From: Amoebidium appalachense
Lineage: Eukaryota > Protista > Ichthyosporea
Length of the DNA: 64,000 nt
Direction: 5' to 3'
Assembly: GCA_963693365.1 (NCBI GenBank)
Contig: CAVNZM010000011.1
Coordinates: 6,777,921 to 6,841,920 of the forward strand
The notes beneath the pieces were generated by a model. It was not told the origin of the DNA and searched no databases. It saw nothing but the letters and a program-made list of their open reading frames with translations. The position numbers were made by a program, and so were the translations under genes. Below are positions 63,473 to 64,000 of the stretch, piece by piece (within the stretch, counting starts at the first letter, position 1; each line of letters begins with the position of its first letter).

Positions 63473-63644
63473 GGGGGGTAGTGCTGATTACACGCGCACA
63501 CACATGCACACAAACACGCACCTATGCGTGCACGGGCATATATACACACACAACGTAGCACACAAACACATCCACACGCACACACACAAGCTTGGTGCAT
63601 GCAAAGACACACACACACGCGCGCGCGCGTACACACACACACGT

Positions 63645-63680
<36 letters not shown>

Positions 63681-64000
63681 CACACACACACACACACACG
63701 CGTCCACCACCCCTCTCCTCCACCCTCCTTCCCCCTTTCCCCCAAAAAACACAAATGCACACCGTGGACACACACACACACACAGACACACAGACATTAG
63801 CACACACACACACACGTACACGCACGCACACGCACGCACACACACACACACACACGCACGTACACGCATGCACAAACACACACACACACATGTAAAAAAA
63901 CACACACACAAGCGCGCACTGAAGCACACTCACCCGCACACGCACCAACACACACACGCACACACACACACACACACACCATTACAAAAGCTGGTTGCAC

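Overview
Eukaryotic, intron-rich genomic DNA with GT-AG introns. Animal-like SLC1 and NDUFA11 next to a plant-type C2-phospholipase D suggest a unicellular opisthokont/holozoan, but that is inference only. Most entries in the ORF track are artefacts of poly(C)/poly(G), (CA)n/(TG)n and (GA)n tracts. Manual exon assembly gives: a partial minus-strand disordered Pro/Ser/Thr-rich protein (1-1496); a 16-exon C2-PLD (3954-21542, one apparent frameshift); a Cys-repeat plus Gly/Met-repeat protein (~26014-26869, frameshifted); a 6-exon SLC1/DAACS acidic amino-acid transporter (31939-36270); a 4-exon NDUFA11-like Tim17-family protein (40581-46577); an intronless secreted Cys-rich protein (48820-49596); a small 2-exon orphan (51337-52170); and a 6-exon Nop6-like RRM protein with a C-terminal hnRNP-Q/R acidic (NURR)-like domain (53695-59697). 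The most interesting signal is mobile. At least four divergent families of short non-coding elements share one covarying RNA fold with a CUGANGA motif. All copies lie on the + strand, end at a fixed 3' point against a poly(C) run, are variably 5'-truncated, and in two places form head-to-tail copies of a ~453-nt unit. A 5'-truncated Penelope-like RT fragment with the RT at the C-terminus is inserted in poly(C) the same way. Together these look like a poly(C)-targeted, retrozyme-like system. A second recurring pattern is local duplication of exon/intron boundaries, including a ~31-unit minisatellite built from an amplified 3' splice site.
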